From NCBI GenBank assembly GCA_963669285.2, contig CAXXSI010000019.1:78780-142779 (forward strand): a stretch of DNA of 64,000 nt, given 5' to 3'. The notes under the pieces were generated by a model. It saw nothing but the letters and a program-made list of their open reading frames with translations. It ran no database searches and was not told the origin of the DNA. The translations under genes were made by a program, and so were the position numbers. The DNA is from Rhizobiaceae bacterium. GTDB lineage: Bacteria; Pseudomonadota; Alphaproteobacteria; Rhizobiales; Rhizobiaceae. Positions 59,015 through 64,000 of the stretch are shown in pieces (the first letter of the stretch is position 1; each line of letters begins with the position of its first letter).

Positions 59015-59416
59015 ATGTTGCCGCCGATTGAAAAATCACGGGTATTGCCGTTCGCTCCATCCACAATCTACGCGGCTTGGATTTCCTCGGACACCGTCAT
59101 CCCACCGGCAACCGAAATGGATATCGATCCCCACATTGGCGGCCATTACCGGCTGATCATCGATACACCGGATTTCAAGTCCCGGTGCGAGGGGGCGTTT
59201 TTACACCTCGAACCGGACCGACGGCTGACTTACACTTGGCAGTGGCAGGGCGATGAAGAAAAAACCGAGATTGATGTCCGGTTTGCTGCCGACGGCGATG
59301 GCACGTGTGTTTCGCTGTGTCATTCTGGCTTTGTCGACGAGCAAAGCCGCTCCAATCATGATCATGGTTGGGATAGCTTTTTTGTCGGGCTGGAGGCGTT
59401 TCTCGAAGACCAGTAG
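59015..59416 (+). CDS. SRPBCC/AHSA1-like domain protein
   Basis: 133 aa with PSTIYAAWISSD, RRLTYTWQW and GWDSFFVGLEAFL. Confidence 0.75.
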   Translation: MLPPIEKSRVLPFAPSTIYAAWISSDTVIPPATEMDIDPHIGGHYRLIIDTPDFKSRCEGAFLHLEPDRRLTYTWQWQGDEEKTEIDVRFAADGDGTCVSLCHSGFVDEQSRSNHDHGWDSFFVGLEAFLEDQ

Positions 59417-59532
59417 CGTCGCCGACCGACCCGGTTTGATTGCAAGCCTTTCATCGGCTGAGAAACTGGGATAGAAGCGCCACCGAAACGCGCGGATTTC
59501 CGCGCTCGAACAATTTTCCCGAAAGCACTCCC

Positions 59533-61356
59533 ATGGCCTTACGCAATATTGCGATCATCGCGCATGTCGATCACGGCAAGACGACGCTTGTCGATGCGCT
59601 TCTCAAACAGTCCGGCGCGGTGCGCGAAAACCAGCGCGTCGAAGAACGTGCGCTGGACTCCGGCGATATCGAGAAGGAGCGCGGTATTACCATTCTGGCA
59701 AAGGCGACGTCGGTCGTGTGGAATGATACCCGCATCAATATCGTCGACACGCCAGGGCATGCCGATTTCGGCGGCGAGGTCGAGCGGATACTCAACATGG
59801 TCGACGGCGCAATCGTCTTGGTCGATGCGGCGGAAGGACCGATGCCGCAGACGAAGTTTGTTGTCGGAAAGGCGCTGAAGGTAGGGTTGAAGCCGATCGT
59901 CGCTGTCAACAAGATCGACCGGCCGGATGCCCGACCGACCGAAGTCATCAACGAGGTTTTTGACCTGTTTGCCAATTTGGATGCCACTGACGAACAGCTT
60001 GATTTTCCGATCCTGTATGGCTCCGGTCGCGACGGCTGGATGAGTACCGATCCAAACGGGTCTAAGGATCAGGGTCTGGCGCCGTTGTTCGATCTCGTGC
60101 TCGATCATGTATCCCAGCCGAACGTCGCCGATGGTCCGTTTCGAATGATCGGGACGATTTTAGAAGCCAATCCCTATCTCGGGCGGATCGTGACCGGCCG
60201 GATCGAGGCGGGATCAGTGAAACCAAATCAGGCGGTCAAGGTGCTCGGACAGGACGGGTCAGTGGTCGAGCAGGGGCGCATATCCAAAATTCTGGCGTTT
60301 CGCGGTCTGGAGCGTCAACCGATCGAGGTCGGTCATGCAGGTGACATCGTCGCCATAGCCGGACTGTCAAAGGGAACGGTTGCGGACACATTCTGTGATC
60401 CGGACGTTACCGAGGCGATGGCGGCGCAACCGATCGATCCGCCCACGGTCACCATGTCGTTCATCGTTAATGACAGCCCGTTGGCCGGCACCGAAGGTGA
60501 CAAGGTGACAAGCCGCGTCATCAGAGAACGGCTGCTCCGCGAGGCGGAGGGCAATGTCGCGCTTAAAATCGAAGAGGCCGATGACAAGGATTCATTTTAT
60601 GTCTCCGGCCGGGGTGAACTGCAATTGGCCGTGTTGATCGAAACCATGCGGCGAGAGGGTTTCGAACTGGCTGTTTCCCGACCGCGCGTGGTGATGCAGA
60701 AGGACGATGCCGGCCATATGTTGGAGCCGATAGAAGAAGTGGTCATCGATGTTGACGATGAACATTCAGGTGTGGTCGTTCAGAAGATGTCGGAACGCAA
60801 GGCGGAGATGGTCGAGCTGAAGCCATCCGGCGGTGGCCGGCAACGACTTCTGTTTCATGCGCCGACCAGAGGCCTGATCGGGTACCAGTCCGAATTGATG
60901 ACCGATACGCGGGGCACGGCAGTGATGAACCGTCTGTTTCACGCTTATGAGCCCTACAAGGGCCCGTTGCCGGGACGCACCAACGGCGTATTGATTGCCA
61001 ATGAGGCGGGCGAAGCCGTGGCTTACGCGCTCTGGAATTTGGAAGATCGCGGGCCGATGGTCATTGACCCCGGTGTGAAGGTCTACGCCGGCATGATTAT
61101 CGGTATCCACAGCAGAGACAACGACCTCGAGGTCAATGTGCTGAAGGGCAAGAAACTCACCAATGTCCGCGCCGCCGGCAAGGATGAAGCCGTCAAACTG
61201 ACCCCACCGGTCCGCATGACGCTCGAACGGGCGCTGTCGTGGATCCAGGATGATGAGCTTGTCGAGGTGACGCCGAAATCAATCCGATTGAGAAAGCTTT
61301 ATCTCGATACGCATGAACGCAAGCGATTTGAGAAATCCCGCGCCGGGGCCGCTTGA
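59533..61356 (+). CDS. typA: translational GTPase TypA/BipA
   Basis: ORF 59440..61356. Start at [21 protein letters not shown], with [14 protein letters not shown] and NKID. Confidence 0.95.
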   Translation: MALRNIAIIAHVDHGKTTLVDALLKQSGAVRENQRVEERALDSGDIEKERGITILAKATSVVWNDTRINIVDTPGHADFGGEVERILNMVDGAIVLVDAAEGPMPQTKFVVGKALKVGLKPIVAVNKIDRPDARPTEVINEVFDLFANLDATDEQLDFPILYGSGRDGWMSTDPNGSKDQGLAPLFDLVLDHVSQPNVADGPFRMIGTILEANPYLGRIVTGRIEAGSVKPNQAVKVLGQDGSVVEQGRISKILAFRGLERQPIEVGHAGDIVAIAGLSKGTVADTFCDPDVTEAMAAQPIDPPTVTMSFIVNDSPLAGTEGDKVTSRVIRERLLREAEGNVALKIEEADDKDSFYVSGRGELQLAVLIETMRREGFELAVSRPRVVMQKDDAGHMLEPIEEVVIDVDDEHSGVVVQKMSERKAEMVELKPSGGGRQRLLFHAPTRGLIGYQSELMTDTRGTAVMNRLFHAYEPYKGPLPGRTNGVLIANEAGEAVAYALWNLEDRGPMVIDPGVKVYAGMIIGIHSRDNDLEVNVLKGKKLTNVRAAGKDEAVKLTPPVRMTLERALSWIQDDELVEVTPKSIRLRKLYLDTHERKRFEKSRAGAA

Positions 61357-61405
61357 CAAAATACATGCAACAAGAGAATTGGTTGCATTAACCGGATCGC
61401 CTCGA

Positions 61406-62029
61406 ATGATTCCCATCAATGTCGCCAACTGGCCGCGGCGCAGCCAGTATTTGTTCTTTCGGACCTATCGTAATCCGCATTTTTCGGTGACCGCCACTGT
61501 TGACGTCACCCATTTGATGACCGACCTCAAACCGGACGGCGTTCCTGTCTTCAATGCATGTCTGTTTGCCATCACCGGGGCGGCCAACGATATTAGCGAA
61601 TTTCGAACACGCTTTGACAGTACTCATGTTTATGAGTGTGGCGAGGTCGGCGCCTCGGTGACCGTTCCCATCGAAGACAGGAAATTCGCGTTCTGCGATG
61701 TACCGTGGTCTGCTGAATGGCCGGCTTTCAATGAATCCTGCAAGCGTGAAATCGCCGCTGCCCGCCAGCAAAATGAGCTGAGGAACAAGGTCGCTGGTCA
61801 GGGGGGGTGGATTTACATGACCTGCCTGCCTTGGGTTCACCTGACCGCAATGACCCACCCGGTCGCCGGTCCCGACGACTGCATCCCGCGCATTGCCTGG
61901 GGGAAAATCGAAAAAACCAACGGCAACTGGAGAATGCCGGTCGCGGTCCAGGTCCACCATGCGTTGGCGGACGGGCTGCATGTCGGTCTCTTCTTTGACG
62001 CGCTGCAAACGCGGCTGAAATCGCTCTAG
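61406..62029 (+). CDS. chloramphenicol-acetyltransferase-like (CatA family) O-acetyltransferase
   Basis: ORF 61313..62029. Start moved to MIPINVANWPRRSQYLFF. Catalytic motif VHHALADG. Confidence 0.8.
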   Translation: MIPINVANWPRRSQYLFFRTYRNPHFSVTATVDVTHLMTDLKPDGVPVFNACLFAITGAANDISEFRTRFDSTHVYECGEVGASVTVPIEDRKFAFCDVPWSAEWPAFNESCKREIAAARQQNELRNKVAGQGGWIYMTCLPWVHLTAMTHPVAGPDDCIPRIAWGKIEKTNGNWRMPVAVQVHHALADGLHVGLFFDALQTRLKSL

Positions 62030-62032
62030 GTC

Positions 62033-62659
62033 CTAGCGCGCCATTGCGTGGTATTCCGGATTGGGCTTCATGTCGCTGGCGGCTGCGACACGGTTGGACA
62101 TGTTGAAAAATGCCGCTGTCGAGGCAATGTCCCAAATATCGCGATCGGAAAAACCCGCATCGCGCAGATCCTGCCGATCGGCCTCTACGATTTTATCCGG
62201 CGCCTCCGTCAACTTTGAAGCAAATTCAAGCATCGCGGTTTGGCGGTGATCGAGCCCGGCGCCCCGCCAATTGTGAGCGATCTCTTCGCCAAAACCCGGA
62301 TCGCCCGACAGTTGGCGAACCGCAGCGCCGTGCGCTGCCAGGCAGTAGTGGCAGTGATTGATCGTCGATACTGCCACGGCGATCATTTCGCGCTCCAGTT
62401 TAGACAAACCGGATTCGCCAAGCATCAGGTCGTTGTAGAAATCGGAGAATGCTCGCAGCTTTTTTTCATCAAAGGCGTATGCGGCGAGGACATTTGGAAC
62501 CAAACCCAGTTTTTCCCGACATTTGTCGAAGTATGCCCGTGTCGCTTCACTCAATTCGCCTTTTGAATCAATTCTCAGCGCGGTGATTTTCGATTTCGGA
62601 TCGTGTTTCAAGTTACAAATCTCCAACAAAAGAATGTTTTCTGATGAAACGTCACACAA
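62033..62659 (-). CDS. peroxidase-related enzyme, AhpD-like/carboxymuconolactone decarboxylase family
   Basis: 208 aa with the HCHYC (CxxC) motif, LVPNVLAAYA and RDIWDI...FFNMSNR. The TTG start at 62659 is uncertain and may lie further downstream. Confidence 0.8.
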   Translation of the reverse strand: MCDVSSENILLLEICNLKHDPKSKITALRIDSKGELSEATRAYFDKCREKLGLVPNVLAAYAFDEKKLRAFSDFYNDLMLGESGLSKLEREMIAVAVSTINHCHYCLAAHGAAVRQLSGDPGFGEEIAHNWRGAGLDHRQTAMLEFASKLTEAPDKIVEADRQDLRDAGFSDRDIWDIASTAAFFNMSNRVAAASDMKPNPEYHAMAR

Positions 62660-62728
62660 GTGGCGTCGCCAAGAAAGGAATTTCTGCTACGATAGCTTAA
62701 AATCGTGCCAGGCGAGGGAGTAACGCGA

Positions 62729-64000
62729 ATGGCCAAAACCGGGAAGAAAATCGCGAAAAGCGGAAGCAAAAGCGGCCTCGAAAAATTCTCCAACCTACTG
62801 TTCGACAGAGTGCCTGAAGAAGACATTTCCCGGTACGACAAGAAGTCACTCAACCTGACAGCCGAGTCTGCGCTCAAGGCGGTCAAACAGCACCGCAAGG
62901 GCAAAAGCGTGGCCGTTGTTGATCAGAATAGCGGCGTGGTGTGCGATGGCCGTCCCGTTTGCCTGATCACGGTCGTAAACGACAATATGCCGTTTCTGTT
63001 CGACTCGGTCGTCGGCTCGATTACCGGCGAAATGGGCGAGCCATCTCTGGTGCTCCATCCGGTCATAGAAGTCAGGCACGGCAGAACCGGGGTTTCGGAG
63101 TTAATCGGCAAAGCCACGCCGGGTGTCGACCGGGACGGATTTGACAAAATCAGCATCATGCACGTGCACACGGACATGATGTCCGCACAGGCAGCCGAGC
63201 GCATGACGGCAGAACTTCAGGCCATTTTGCAGCAAGTCCGCAATGCGGTGAAGGATTGGCGGCCGATGCTGGCCCGGCTCGAACAGACCATAACCGACTA
63301 TCGCTATAATCCGCCACCGCTGAAATCCGAACCCTTGATGAGGCGGTTTCGTTTCTGGAGTGGTTGCGTGACGACAATTTCACGTTCTTGGGCATACGAG
63401 AATATCGCTATTCGGGGAGCGGAAAAACGGGAAAACTCAAGCGCGCGGACAAACCGGCGCTCGGTATCCTGTCGGATCCCGAATTGCGCGTGTTGCGCCA
63501 GGGTGACGAGGCGCTTTCCACCACGCCGGAAATTCGAGCCTTTCTGGTGGGACCGGAACCACTGCTCGTCACCAAGGCCAACACGAAGTCGAAAGTCCAT
63601 CGCCAGATCTATATGGACTATATCGGCGTCAAGACATTCAATCACCGTGGCAAGCTTACCGGCGAACTGCGTATTGTCGGCCTGTTCACCTCAACGGCCT
63701 ACACCCGCTCGGTCATGCGCATTCCCTATTTGCGCTCCAAGGCCAAGGCCGTCATATCGAGCCTGGGCTATGATCCGGCCGGCCACCTCGGCAAGGCGTT
63801 GACGAACGTCCTGGAATCGTATCCGCGGGACGAGCTTTTCCAGATCGATCTGCCGACGCTGACGACCAATGCCGAGGCCATTTTGGCGTTGAGCGAACGA
63901 CCGAGGGTTCGCGCGCTTATTCGCGCCGACCAGTTCGACCGGTTTGTGTCGGTTATCGTTTACGTGCCGCGCGATCGCTATAACAGCCGAAACCGCGAGC
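62729..64000 (+). pseudogene. NAD-specific glutamate dehydrogenase (large GdhZ type), 5' part; frameshift at about 63329-63334; continues past window end
   Basis: ORF 62705..63802 is gdh-like up to ...YRYNPPPLKSE. Homology then continues in another frame (TLDEAVSFLEWLRDDNFTFLGIREYRYSG...YVPRDRYNSRNRE), which stays open to position 64000. Confidence 0.85.

Noticed and set aside
58545-59156. 203-aa Pro/Lys/Arg-rich ORF overlapping rpsP in another frame, and the antisense ORFs 58558..58875 and 58674..59066.
   Set aside because: They are artefacts of the GCn/GAA repeat encoding the S16 tail. S16 is the recognisable frame.

Overview
GC-rich alphaproteobacterial (Rhizobiales/Hyphomicrobiales-like) chromosomal segment with very high coding density. 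I see no transposases, integrases, phage genes, CRISPR arrays or recognisable defence islands. Positions 1-15.3 kb hold an aerobic-type cobalamin (cob) locus. It comprises cobL, cobK, and a minus-strand operon DUF1636-cobW-cobN-cobG-cobH-cobI-cobJ chained by ATGA stop/start overlaps. A plus-strand operon cbtB-cbtA-cobP-cobO follows, then cobD and cobC plus a PTP-like gene. The two operons diverge from one 0.5-kb region carrying two back-to-back cobalamin riboswitches. The rest is mostly housekeeping: tRNA-Gly(GCC), proX, a thioredoxin-TPR protein, the SOS mutagenesis cassette imuA-imuB-dnaE2 with a GTTC-N7-GTTC LexA box, leuD, leuB, asd and dcp. Further along are a beta-carbonic anhydrase, pyridoxal kinase, lemA-TPM-TPM, ppa, rlmN, argG, ffh-GNAT-chorismate mutase-rpsP, typA and the 5' part of a large NAD-glutamate dehydrogenase. 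Main second-look items: (1) an unannotated 38-codon Thr/Lys-rich ORF plus hairpins upstream of asd, a possible attenuator; (2) a CX5R phosphatase-like gene translationally coupled to cobC; (3) three frame-breaking homopolymer indels clustered in cobN/cobG and a fourth in gdh, meaning either pseudogenisation or assembly errors; (4) the twin divergent B12 riboswitches; (5) head-to-head start codons at cobL/cobK and cobD/cobC; (6) a BCCP-carboxyltransferase fusion with no biotin carboxylase nearby; (7) several perfect AT-rich palindromes in intergenic DNA. All function calls rest on my own recognition of translated motifs and gene order; no database search was run. Start codons are often my re-assignments of the ORF-track starts.
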